A stretch of DNA of 64,000 bases. Source: Amphiscolops sp. MND2022. Lineage: Eukaryota. Where the stretch lies: positions 83,640,001 through 83,704,000 of the forward strand of contig OZ076409.1 of assembly GCA_964187785.1 (NCBI GenBank), written 5' to 3'. Below the pieces are notes generated by a model, which saw only the letters and a program-made list of their open reading frames with translations, was not told where the DNA came from and did not search any database. Numbering within the stretch: the first letter of the stretch is position 1; the number at the start of each line of letters is the position of its first letter. The position numbers and the translations under genes were made by a program. Shown here one piece after another: positions 26,768-39,480 of the stretch.

Positions 26768-28210
26768 GAACAGAATAACGACAAGATGTCACAGATTGAA
26801 GAGCAACTAAATAACAAATTCGAAGAGATACTTAAGGAGATTAGAACAAACAAAAACTACATTGCAAAAACAGATGAAGAGGATGCCGAGAATAACCAGC
26901 CCGGTCCTTCTAACTATAGAAATAAGGGTCTCAGGAACAAACACGCATCAAATTCAACATCAGATGAAAATAGGAATCGGGATGATTGGTTCTATCGGTC
27001 TGAAATAGTGAATTAAGACAACCGTACACTCCCCTTGGGAGTGCTGAAGACACTTTAGACGAGACCATCATCATAAATGAAAACAGACAGAAAAAGATCG
27101 ATCATCACATGGTGACAGGACCTACCAAGAACATCCTGAGACAAAGTTCGACTAACTCCAACACCACAAATACACAACGACCACACGCACAAACTCCTCT
27201 CGAGCATCCTGAACCATCAGATCCCGTCAGTCAAATTGCCATAGCAATCGAAAATCTCGCACGAAGAAATACCGAACCACCACTCTTCCACCCGAAGAAC
27301 ACACTTACTTTCAATGGGAAATTAGAAAAAATGAAAAATGTGAGTATTTTGAAGATCTTTTCCACACCACACTCGAAATGCAACCACACCTCACGGAGGA
27401 CATGAAAATTAACCATTTCATGCCCTTCTAAGAGGACTAGCATTGAAAACTTTTAAAAACATCCAAAAAACTTCGACAACAACACTTGAAGATACATTAG
27501 TAGTGTTCAGAAGGAAATATGTTAAACCTGAACCCAGTGCCTCTGCAAAACACAGATTTAATCGGCTCATGTTCCAACCAGAAAATCAAAAACTACCCGA
27601 CTTTCTTGAAGACCTCCAAGAAAGCGCTGAAAAAGCATTTGGTGAAGCAGCACCACAGATGATTGAGAGCCTGATATATGCAAAAATGCCTCCTCATCTC
27701 AAAAAATCAATCAACCAGGCTTACCTCCAAAACGGTACCTAAGAACAAATCGTGAAACATCTAGAAAAAGAGATGGAGCTCAATGGACTCGAGGCAGATG
27801 AGCCTCTAGTGAAAACTCAATTGACTGCAGTCAAACAACAAACCAACACACAAAACACTAAAACAACCCCACAAAACACAAAAACAAAAACAAAAACTCC
27901 AAACACAGTACCTAACAACACAATTCAAGATAACCATTGCCGATATTGCAAGGATGAAGGCCACATAGCAAAAGAGTGCCTTTCAAAACGACAGAAAACG
28001 GATCAAGACCCAAATGCACCAAGATGTTCCCATTGTAACACCCCTGGTCTTGAAAAGCTAAACTGTTACTTCGGAGCAAACATGGAAAATCTTCCACCTA
28101 AATGGACACTCACTGAAACCGAGAAAAACCTAATGGGAGAGTATAAAAAATCAAACAAACCAATCAACACTCGAAATCTCAAACCTTCAACATCGAAGGA
28201 TTTAAACTAA
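26768..28210 (+). pseudogene. gag: Gag of element A (capsid-like region and two CCHC knuckles), disrupted
   Basis: Fragments 26738-27016, 27109-27405, 27443-27742, 27752-28210; FRRKYVKP...F..L and CRYCKDEGHIAKEC / CSHCNTPG(H)..LNC. Confidence 0.88.
27110..27120 (+). promoter_or_regulatory. Primer-binding site of element A (tRNA-Leu-like); duplicate at 22311-22320
   Basis: TGGTGACAGGA directly after the LTR-terminal CA; resembles the complement of a tRNA-Leu 3' end (TGGTGTCAGGAGTG). Confidence 0.8.
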
Positions 28211-31200
28211 TAGTGCCACGCCTTAAAACAACAACACCCCAAAAACAATGCTCAGCTGATGACTGGCAGCATCCGCCGAGCCCCAAACTCATAAAAATCA
28301 CAACCTACAATCACAATTTGACAAACAAAAGTGACTCTCCGACTGCAAACACTGAAATTACACCACCCGAACACCTTCAAGAGGATCTTTATGACTTACT
28401 CAAAGACGCCCCAGATAATTATCTACTACGACCCATGTTTGAACCTGGAATTGAACCCGCAACACAAAATCAGCAACCCACAATTTGGCGACCTCAAGAA
28501 ACACAAACTGACCAATTAAATGTACAATCCACATCGACAACCCAAACTGACGATGACACTACATCGGAATTAACCAAAACTTTCTTCAGTGCGTCGCCTG
28601 GAAAACAACCTCTCTTTGATGCTGAGGTCATATGTATGTCAAAAGAAGCGTCATATGTACTATTCCCCAATGGATTTCGAGAAATTAACTCGGGATGGAC
28701 TCATTGATACTGGCGACCTTACCAGCGCCATTTCTGAAGAAGATCTCAACAAAATAAAACTCCTTTCAAATGAAGCCATAAAAGATACTGGTTCAGCACC
28801 CATTTTTCAAATCATGGTGGCAAATGGTCAACTTGAGCGACCCATCGGCACCGTCTTACTTCACTTTGAAGTAGCAGACTTCCAATTTCAAGAGAACTTC
28901 ATTGTCATGAAGGTACTACCCAACCCATTATTCGGCCTGTGTTTTTTACAAAGACACAATGCCATGTTTGACATTCGACAAGGGATTATTACTTTCCCTT
29001 ACTTGTCGATGCAACTACGTCCAGACCGCACAACAAATACCCGAAGAGCAACACCCCTTCTAACAGAAACTTCATACACCCTACAACCCAGAGAAACCCT
29101 CGCAATCTCCAGCAAAATGCCACACCTGATAGATCACAATGCCACGGGTATTGTCACTCCGTCGTCACATATGGAAGATTACGAAAGTATTTTCATTACA
29201 TCTTCCCTGAGTACAGTTAATAACAATGCAGTGGGCTACCAAGTGATCAATTTTTCGGATATGCCTTACACTCTTCCTATAGATACATACATGGCAGACT
29301 TCCGAGTTCTTACGCCCGAACAGATTAAACACATCAAACCTGTTGATCCATCAACAATCACATTCATGATGCATCAACACATGGAAAACACGGATCTATA
29401 CCTCAACCAATTGATGAAAACAAATCAATCATTAGATGAAGAAGAAACGTACTGGTTCCCAACACCTGAGGGACCTGGGGATCCAGATACATACACTCCA
29501 ATACAACAACGCATGTATGATGAACTACTAGAACTCAAACAGCTAGAACAATTAAACTCAAACGACAACAACGAATCAAGAATGAAATTTCTCAGTGACT
29601 TCGACTGGACAGACACTACCCTAAGCCCGTTCGAAAAACAACACATAGAAGACATTCTGGTACAATATCACGACATCTTCGCAAGACATCGTTTCGACAT
29701 AGGTACCAATAGAGAATTCAAGGTCAAGCTGACTCCGAATGATGACAGATCAGCCTACAGTCAAAATCTTTCTACACCCATCAACCTCAAGGGCGACATA
29801 ACTGTTGAACTGGCCCTTCTTCATCGTTATGTAATCATCACGAACCTACCGTTCTCTAAATACGCAAGCCCTATTTTTGCCCAGAGGAAACCAAACGGAC
29901 GCCTTCGACTTTTGGTGGATCTGCGCAAAATCAACAACCTCATCACTCAAGACTACGTGAACAACAATCACCCTGTTAGCACTTTGTCAGATGCAGCACA
30001 GCATATGGCCGGTAAGAAACTTTTTTGCAAACTTGATTGCTCTCAAGTATATCATTGCTTGCAAATGGCAAACTACCAGTCCATACAGATGTTAGCTTTT
30101 AATTTTGCGAGTCGAACATTTGCATATCGCCGCCTTGCACAAGGTCTCAGCCGATCACTGTCTGCTTTCTCATCCTTCATGAGAGAATATTTGGGTAAGG
30201 CAATCAAAGCTGATCAGTGCGCTCAAGATGTCGATGACATCGGCATCGCTGCGAACGATTCTAACCAACTTTGCATCAACATCAAAACAGTCTTTGAATG
30301 CATACGCAAAGCAGGACTCAAACTTACGATGGCCAAATGCCATTTTGGAGTCCAACAAGTTGACATCTTGGGTCGGACAATTACCCCAGAAGGAGTCTCG
30401 CCACAAACTGAAAAAGTCAACCAATTCGTTCAAAAACTCAATTTTCCGAAATCCAAAAAGCACTCCAGAGATATATTGGGTTTCTCAACTACTACAGAAA
30501 TTACATCCCCCGCTTATCAGAAAAACTAACCCCTTTTTCATTTTGCTCAAACAAACATCACAATCACCATTCCGGATACAATTCTCGAAGCATTCAAAAA
30601 TCTCAACCAGAAACTGGAACAATCATGCAAACTTGCTCTCAAACAACCGATCAAAAACAAACAACTCATTTTAATGACCGACGCTAGTTTTACAGCGGCA
30701 GGATATGCCATCATGATTGAGGATAATCCCGACCAAAAGCTCCAATCTAGAAGGAAAACCTTTGCTCCAATAGCCTTTGGTTCAGAATCTTTTAATCCAA
30801 CCCAATTGAAAAAGTCCATATACGCAAAAGAGTTCCTAGCAATCTACTTTGCGTTTTCTGAATTTGGACACCTAATGTGGGGCAGCGTTTTTCCTGTTAT
30901 CGTCTTACAGATAACAGATCTGTAACACGCTTTTTTCAAACGAAAATCATCACTCCGGCTCTTTGGAATGCATGCGATTACGTCCTCCAATACAATTTCG
31001 TCATTGCACATGTTGCCGGGGCCATGAATGCGGCTGCAGACTTCCTAGCGCGAGCTGAATTGAACCCCACTGAAAAACCTGAAATGAACATCCACAATGA
31101 TGTCAATACAAAAGCAAATGAAGTTAACATACAGTCCACCGGGATTGCCGAGGAGGAACTCCTATACATACTTCCTGGCGAATGCCCCACAGAACAACAG

Positions 31201-33135
31201 TTGTGGGAAGAAAAAGAAGCAATTCGCCAATCAGCAAAAACTGAAACCCACAACGAACTCGAAAATGAAGTGTTGGAACTACAAACTTTCCACAAACCCA
31301 CAGCGGGAACCATCAACTATAGGGAGGGCCACTTCAAAGACAATGCACAAATCCGCTTAGAACAAAACAATGATGAAGTTCTACGCAATTTGAGAGCCAA
31401 AATTGAAGGCGAACCCTACGACGAAACAGAATTCACACAAGACTACCGATACAAACATTATTTACAAAACATCACGAGGATTGAAATCAAGAAAGATGTC
31501 CTAACAAGAAGATACTACATTGACACTGGAATGATATCCCATTGCCAAATTCTTCTACCTAAACAACTCTTAGATGAATTCCTTCATGCCCTTCATGGTC
31601 ATAATGCAACACATCCGGAAATAACTAAAATGATCCAAGAAGCACGACAAAAATACTACAATCCGTGCATCGCCAAATTAATCCGGAATTGGGTGACAAA
31701 ATGTCAAATGTGTTCCAAAACGAACGGATCAATAATGACCTACTTAAAATGGAACTACTAAATTGCCCCGAATGGGATTTGGGCCCAGAGGACATTCTAC
31801 AAATTGACATCCTTCCCAATCTCCCACCAAGCGGAGGATATGACAATATCATCACTGCAATAGACGTGTTCTCACGCTATTTGTTTGCCTATCCAGTCAC
31901 GAGAATCACTGCTCCAGCAGTGGCAAAAATCATCATGGACATTTTGTGTAAACACACATATCTACCCACAACAATCATTTCCGACATGGGCACTCAATTC
32001 AATTCTCAGGTTACAAAAGAAGTAGCCGCAGTCCTGAACATAGAACTGAAACATGCAACGACAAAACACGCCCAAACATTTGGACTGTTAGAACGTACTC
32101 ATGCATCAGTCAAAGCGCACCTTAAGGCGGCCACTGGGAGAATTTAGAAACAACTGGCACAAGTTTCTACCATTAGCAGTCTTAAACCATAATACAACCT
32201 ACCATGCAACACTCGGATGTGAACTTACACGGGTCTTCCATGGAAGAATTCCACACAATATATTAGATTTCAAACTTGGATACAACCCAAATCCTCGCTT
32301 CCAACCCCAAACTGAGGTAGCAGAGGAAGTACAAAGAAGGATTGCTTTACTTCACGATCAAACGAAGAAAAACATTATGCAATCTGACCTCAAGTGTAAA
32401 GCTTATTACGACAGGAAAGCAAAGGCATCACCTCTAACGACAGAGGATTATTGCTTTAGCCTGAATCCAAAGGCCGACACACAAGCAACGAAGATACCCT
32501 TTCGTGAATTTCGTTGGGTTGGTCCCTATAAAGTTGAAAACGTCCTACCGAACAACAATTATATTGTTCGCAGATTGGGCACAAATAAAACCCAACTACT
32601 CCACCGCATTAGACTACGAAAATACACTCCACAAGCTCCTCTTGCAGATAATTTTGTCAGAGAAACCGAATAGCAGAAAGAGAATACGCTTGTCTCTCAA
32701 GATGATTTATATGCCCATGCTAGGGACAGCAATTTTGGCAGCAGTCCATTTGATCCTGACCACGAAAACTGTGATCAACAAGAAGACACAGGGGAATATG
32801 AACCAACTTCTCAACCAAAAATATACAACCCTCCCTCCCTCGATAATTCAAAAAATAGTGGGGGGATCCCAGCAAGACAACCTGCTGTGAACGACAAAGA
32901 ACCTCAAATAACCGGAAAAACTTCTTCAGAAAATGAAAATCATAAGCCCATTCCAGAAACTTCCAGAAATCCAGAAGGTATCCATAAAAATCCTACCCAA
33001 AATTCCCAAAAAACTCCCGAAATCAACCCGGAAAATGACGCACAAGAAGCTGAGGAAACTGGTAACACAAGAAGCGAAAAATAGAACCTACGCCCAAACC
33101 CTAACCCAAACTACTCAGACTCATACAGATATTAA
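28201..33135 (+). pseudogene. pol: Pol of element A (PR, RT, RNase H, IN), multiply frameshifted
   Basis: LIDTG; YASPIFAQRKPNGRLRLLVDLRKIN; KLDCSQVYH; QDVDDI (YVDD mutated); MTDAS...YAKEFLAI; IN H-H-C-C, IDVFSRY, ISDMGTQF, GLLERTH; WVGPYKV. Confidence 0.95.
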
Positions 33136-36100
33136 AAGACAAATCAAGAGACTCAGAGACTTGAATTATATACTATGGTCTCCTTCGTCATTCTTTTTCT
33201 CATGTTTTTTCTTCATTCTTTATCTCACTTCCAATCAAAATTGGAAGCTATCATTTTTTTCCTCTCCAAACTGAAGGCAGACATCAAATGAGGCGTATTC
33301 AGCCGAAAAAGAGAAAAAACCATACAAACAAAACAGACATCAAATCAGCAAAAATATAGACAATTCAAGAGTCAAGATGAAACATCAATGATCAATTCAA
33401 GTCAATTCTTCACTTCTTATCTCCTTCTTTCCTTCGGACAACTAACTTCTTATCCCCAACGGGCTGGGACTCGGGCAAGATCGGCACATCCACTCTATAA
33501 CGTGGGCTCGAAAGGGCAGATGTTGCAGGCACAGGAGATTTTCGGGTGATATTGCCTCTTGCCCCAGTTGGCTCTGGCCCGCTCTGAATTGTAGTAGGAG
33601 CAACAAGTTTGGAAGGCCTAGGGGTCTTAGGAGATTGAGTGGGGCTTGAACTAGCTGATTGCGGCTTATCATGAAGATTTCTCTTCATCGGAAATAGTAC
33701 AATTGTACCGAGAATCGAAATGGTTGGATATACGTCGCCGACGGGATGAACATGACGAAGTAAGGTCCCAGACTGACAGATAAGCGTCTTCTCATAGAGC
33801 CCGCCCTTTTCCGAGCAAAGAGAAAACAAAAGAAACAGTTCTCGGGTTGGCATACAATTCAGACACATTGGGTACCCCAACTAAAGAAGACTGAATGCTC
33901 CCAACACCGGACTGGAATTCTTGGGAATCAGATGCAAGTTCAGGTAGCTCAACAGTAAAAACAGAAGGGATTACGTGGACCCCTGACAAACTCAGAAGAC
34001 AAAGCTTGAAGACTGTAAATAAATTCTCCCGACACTGAAGTTCACAAGAATTCGACATAAAGCTGATCCATTCTCCCTCATAAGAAATGCCGTGGGATCT
34101 GAATTTCTTCACAAACGCTCCATACTCACTCAGGACCAATGGTTTAGTCGTGTGGGATATCCATTTTTGCTGCACCAAGTAGTCACAAAGTAACTCGGAC
34201 TCATGTGCATAGTCCACCTCTTCCCCGTACCGGACAACGGCTTCATCGAACACAGAAAATCCTCGGACATGCTTAGACTTAGAGACTTTATGCTTCAGAA
34301 GGAGGATGCAGAGGTTTTTATAAAAACATATAGCTTGTTCGACAAATCGAGTGGGGGTGGGCAAATCACGTTCTCCAACAAGCTCGGCAAAGTCCTTGTT
34401 TTGCATGAAATCTGCAGAGAAAATCTTGTCAGAGAAACCGAATAGCAGAAAGAGAATACGCTTGTCTCTCAAGATGATTTATATGCCCATGCTAGGGACA
34501 GCAATTTTGGCAGCAGTCCATTTGATCCTGACCACGAAAACTGTGATCAACAAGAAGACACAGGGGAATATGAACCAACTTCTCAACCAAAAATATACAA
34601 CCCTCCCTCCCTCGATAATTCAAAAAATAGTGGGGGGATCCCAGCAAGACAACCTGCTGTGAACGACAAAGAACCTCAAATAACCGGAAAAACTTCTTCA
34701 GAAAATGAAAATCATAAGCCCATTCCAGAAACTTCCAGAAATCCAGAAGGTATCCATAAAAATCCTACCCAAAATTCCCAAAAAACTCCCGAAATCAACC
34801 CGGAAAATGACGCACAAGAAGCTGAGGAAACTGGTAACACAAGAAGCGAAAAATAGAACCTACGCCCAAACCCTAACCCAAACTACTCAGACTCATACAG
34901 ATATTAAAAGACAAATCAAGAGACTCAGAGACTTGAATTATATACTATGGTCTCCTTCGTCATTCTTTTTCTCATGTTTTTTCTTCATTCTTTATCTCAC
35001 TTCCAATCAAAATTGGAAGCTATCATTTTTTTCCTCTCCAAACTGAAGGCAGACATCAAATGAGGCGTATTCAGCCGAAAAAGAGAAAAAACCATACAAA
35101 CAAAACAGACATCAAATCAGCAAAAATATAGACAATTCAAGAGTCAAGATGAAACATCAATGATCAATTCAAGTCAATTCTTCACTTCTTATCTCCTTCT
35201 TTCCTTCGGACAACTAACTTCTTATCCCCAACGGGCTGGGACTCGGGCAAGATCGGCACATCCACTCTATAACGTGGGCTCGAAAGGGCAGATGTTGCAG
35301 GCACAGGAGATTTTCGGGTGATATTGCCTCTTGCCCCAGTTGGCTCTGGCCCGCTCTGAATTGTAGTAGGAGCAACATGTTTGGAAGGCCTAGGGGTCTT
35401 AAGAGATTGAGTGGGGCTTGAACTAGCTGATTGCGGCTTATCATGAAGATTTCTCTTCATCGGAAATAGTACAATTGTACCGAGAATCGAAATGGTTGGA
35501 TATACGTCGCCGACGGGATGAACATGACGAAGTAAGGTCCCAGACTGACAGATAAGCGTCTTCTCATAGAGCCCGCCCTTTTCCGAGCAAAGAGAAAACA
35601 GAAGAAACAGTTCTCGGGTTGGCATACAATTCAGACACATTGGGTACCCCAACTAAAGAAGACTGAATGCTCCCAACACCGGACTGGAATTCTTGGGAAT
35701 CAGATGCAAGTTCAGGTAGCTCAACAGTAAAAACAGAAGGGATTACGTGGACCCCTGACAAACTCAGAAGACAAAGCTTGAAGACTGTAAATAAATTCTC
35801 CCGACACTGAAGTTCACAAGAATTCGACATAAAGCTGATCCATTCTCCCTCATAAGAAATGCCGTGGGATCTGAATTTCTCCACAAACGCTCCATACTCA
35901 CTCAGGACCAATGGTTTAGTCGTGTGGGATATCCATTTTTGCTGCACCAAGTAGTCACAAAGTAACTCGGACTCATGTGCATAGTCCACCTCTTCCCCGT
36001 ACCGGACAACGGCTTCATCGAACACAGAAAATCCTCGGACATGCTTAGACTTAGAGACTTTATGCTTCAGAAGGAGGATGCAGAGGTTTTTATAAAAACA

Positions 36101-36188
36101 TATAGCTTGTTCGACAAATCGAGTGGGGGTGGGCAAATCACGTTCTCCAACAAGCTCGGCAAAGTCCTTGTTTTGCATGAAATCTGCA
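32645..36188. repeat. 1772-bp tandem duplication of the pol 3' tail and antisense-gene 3' end
   Basis: TTGTCAGAGAAACCG at 32654 and 34426; copies end GCATGAAATCTGCA at 34416 and 36188; the ORF track repeats with offset 1772. Confidence 0.95.
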
Positions 36189-39100
36189 ACAGATTTTCTA
36201 GGAAGATCTGAGGAGTTAGATCAATGGACATAAAAGGATCCCAATGGGAGATGTTGCCAAGAAAAGAGTCAGGTAATATAAATTGTAGCTGACTGTAAAC
36301 AAATGTAGTAAAGGCGCTGTATACTCGGAAACCGTCAGGAGGGGAAACTCCTTTCACCTCTTTGAAAGCAGAATTGTCTGAACACAAGTAATGATTAAAA
36401 ACAACCTGAGTAACAGCATCAAATACCGACCAAAATAAACTACCGTGAAAAGAGAACTAACAGTGTAGAAGCACATTTCGGATCAAGAATGACTTGGCTG
36501 TGTATGATTTGTCCTTGAAGAAAGTTTCATCAAGACTCTTGGGCTGGAAAGGAAGTAAAAATTGAAAACCAAATGGAAGAGAGAAAACAAAATGAAGGAA
36601 ATAAACTAATAATTACTTCTTTTATGTGGTATTTAAATGCCTTTAATCGGTCGGCGAGTCGGAGATGGGAGATGATTTTGCTCCAATTTCGGCACAACTG
36701 ATCAAGAACCACAACTGACTCAACAAGACTGTACTCGAGGCTGGAAATGGCCTAAAACAACAATGTTACAATGATACTATGCTAACGAATTGGATTACGG
36801 AATAAAATCTGCAATTCTGATGCATTATGCGGTTTTCCGAAAACCGCATAAGATGCCAATCAGTATACAGCATAGACAATGCTGTTTATGCGGTTTTCAG
36901 AAGAAAACAGCATAAGAAGAAATCAGTATGCAGTTTTCAGAAGAAAACAGCATAAGAAGAAACCATTATGCGGTTTTTAGAAGAAATCTGCATAAAAGAA
37001 ATCAAAATGCGGTTCTTGAAAGAAATCTGCATAAAAGAAACCATTATGCGGTTTTTGAAAGAAATCTGCACAAAAGAAACCATTATGCGGTTTTTGAAAG
37101 AAATCTGCATGAAAGAAATCATTATGCGGTTTTTGAAAGAAACCTGCATAAAAGAAACCATTATGCGGTTTTTGAAAGAAATCGGCATAAAATAAATCAG
37201 TATGCGGTTTTGGAAGAAATCAGCATAAAAGAAACCAGTATGTCGCTTTCGCGATAAATCAGCATAAAAAGTGACGTGCACTACGTAGAAGAAAATGATA
37301 TGCGGCAAAGCATAAAAACAGCAAAAGGAATACATTACAATCAAACTAGCCGAAGGATGGATGAGAGCACTTAAATCTTCATAAAATTTGTCCATTCGTT
37401 ATGCTGCTTTATGCGGTTTTCAGAGCGCAGCATAGGAACAAAACATAATATATTACTTCAATCCCCCGACAGTGATAAAACGGCTGAATTAGTATCATGA
37501 ATGGTCTACAACGAGGAATTTTATGTAAAAAATCCATGAGACAAAGCTCAAAGAGTAAATAAGAAAAATTACTTTACGGAGTTCAGGAAGGTCGTTCAAC
37601 CAAGTAGACCCAGAAGCGGTTCGCAACTTCATCAGAAGAAACTGTAGTACGCTGTGATAGTCATAACGGTCCAGGATTTTGACAGTGGGTCCCGCTAACA
37701 ACTTGTCCAAACCTTCGTGTGAAAATGTAGGCACCAGGCACACCGAAGGCTTTTGAACGGATTCAGTAATGATTGTTTTGGTGGTACGACCATCGATGCC
37801 AAGGAGTGAATAAAGAGGAGGTACACTCGGGAATGCAGCAAGAAAAGAACTGACGACCTGAAGAACTTCTTTCGCAATCCTGAGACTGTTTGGGATTTCG
37901 GCTAGTAAAAGATTGTTGAATACGTTTCCAGACCAGAAAGTTAAGACCTCTTGGGAATTATCCTGATTGGTGTGAAGTTGGAGTGAGAATTGACCCGACT
38001 GACCAATCGCGGTGACTGAGTAAGACAGTAAAGTGCGGGACATGTGGACCAAGATTCCCTGCGAAAGAAAAATGTGATTAACCAAAAGAATGGTGATTAA
38101 AAAGGCAACCAAAATGATAGAAAAATACTTACAAAAACACGATCTTTATCCCAGCTGTATTGAGGCACCTTAATTGGCCCTCTGACTTCGAGCCCAAGGT
38201 TCCCCTAGAGTGAGGTGAGAGTATCTAAGTCACCGCCATACTTCAACCCAGTCAACAGAATTCGTATTTGGCAGCAAATTGTGGTGCTTGGGTCTAATTC
38301 ATCAGTTGGCACGGGAAGTTTGCGTTGTCCGGCGAGCAGGTAATATTCCCCGAGAATAGGAGCAATGGGAAATTCCAGTTCAGCTTTCTCTCGTGCTGCA
38401 GCTAAATCGGCCCCAGTGAGCTCCATTTCATTTTTTCCGTAGAGGGGCATTCCAGGAGTTTTCATCCTGATGCGGTGTTCGCGGACTAAATGGGCGTCAG
38501 TTCTATAATAGGAGAGAATTTCAAGAGAACCTTTGGTCTTCAGTGACAATTCAATGTGGCAAACTCTGCAACGCCACTTATGAGGTTTGTTGGTGGAATC
38601 AATTGGTGCAGTTACGAAGAACTGGAAGATGAGATGTTTCCTGTACATACTCCCGGTCACCTGCATTCTTGGTCGTGGTCGCTTGGAAGCTGATTGTTGA
38701 TCACCTGGGTTAATGCGGACTGTACTTTTTCCCCTTACCCTTGTCCGCCTTCTCCCTTTGCGAGAATGTCCTACGGGGGGTGTGATTTGACCTCCTGTTG
38801 TACTGGCGGGCGACACCATCAAGGATGACTCCATATTCGTCACACTGGTTTCCGTTCCTGTTGAGGTCCCAGGAGCCTGCAACACGGGCATTGCAAATTG
38901 TTCTATCAACCTTGAACTGATAGAGGTGGTTAGTTCAGAAACCATAGTTTGCATGCGTTGCTCTAACGCCAACAAGTCCAGACTGGTAACAAAGTTGCTT
39001 GAGGAAGTAAGTTGCCCAGCTTCTGTTGCAGTGGATGTTTGAGCGATTGGGGATATAGCTCTTGGAGTAATGGTCTGAGGGGTCCGATTGAGGAAACTGG

Positions 39101-39480
39101 AAAATGGGGAAAGACAAGTTTTACCCATTTGTGGAGTCGACCCTGAAGAACCACTTGGTCCGACTTCACGGTCGTTCTTCTCTGAATGACCAGTAGCATG
39201 TAAGAAAGACTGTTCAATATCATCTTTGGATTGGGGATTAGCGTCATCCCGTGAAGCAGATGCAAGGAAGCTAACAGAGGCACATCCGAATTTGAAGCAT
39301 GGATGCTATTATCGAAGGAATGCCTTATACCGTCTACATCGACAAAAGATTTTGAACCTTCATTGCACTCCATTTGATAATCCGGTGTCGAATGATGAGT
39401 TGATTGCCGAGGGGAAGTAAAGGGGTTAAATCGACAGTGAAAGACGGATCCTGTACCGGGAAAGCAGAAGTGAGTGTAGC
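35182..39480 (-). pseudogene. Antisense spliced gene of element A: zinc-finger / hAT-transposase-like protein (partly degraded)
   Basis: WRCRVCHIELSLKTKGSLEILSYYRTDAH finger; introns 38132-38059 (GTAAGT...TTTCGCAG) and 37572-36752 (GTAATT...TTTTAG); exons align in order with the B protein (WLNDLPELR vs WLLNLPQLR; LDQLCRNWSKI vs LQELLDNWADV; ELQCRENL vs IYQCRGHV). Confidence 0.8.
36870..37250. repeat. 39-bp minisatellite inside an intron of the antisense gene
   Basis: About 9 copies of AAAGAAATCTGCATAAAAGAAACCATTATGCGGTTTTTG. Confidence 0.92.

Larger units (their letters stand above)
20154..29747. repeat. ~4.8-kb tandem duplication (20154-24953 / 24950-29747)
   Basis: Near-identical blocks offset ~4796 bp; at 24950 pol (...TGATGACA) joins the HINE interior (GACAAATGTAAAAGG) through a GACA microhomology. 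Confidence 0.95.

Noticed and set aside
36870..37250. Regular 39-bp repeats as a CRISPR array, or ORFs 36928-37257 / 36968-37195 as repeat proteins
   Set aside because: No unique spacers or cas genes; eukaryotic context; the frames are open only because 39 is a multiple of 3, and the array lies in a predicted intron.
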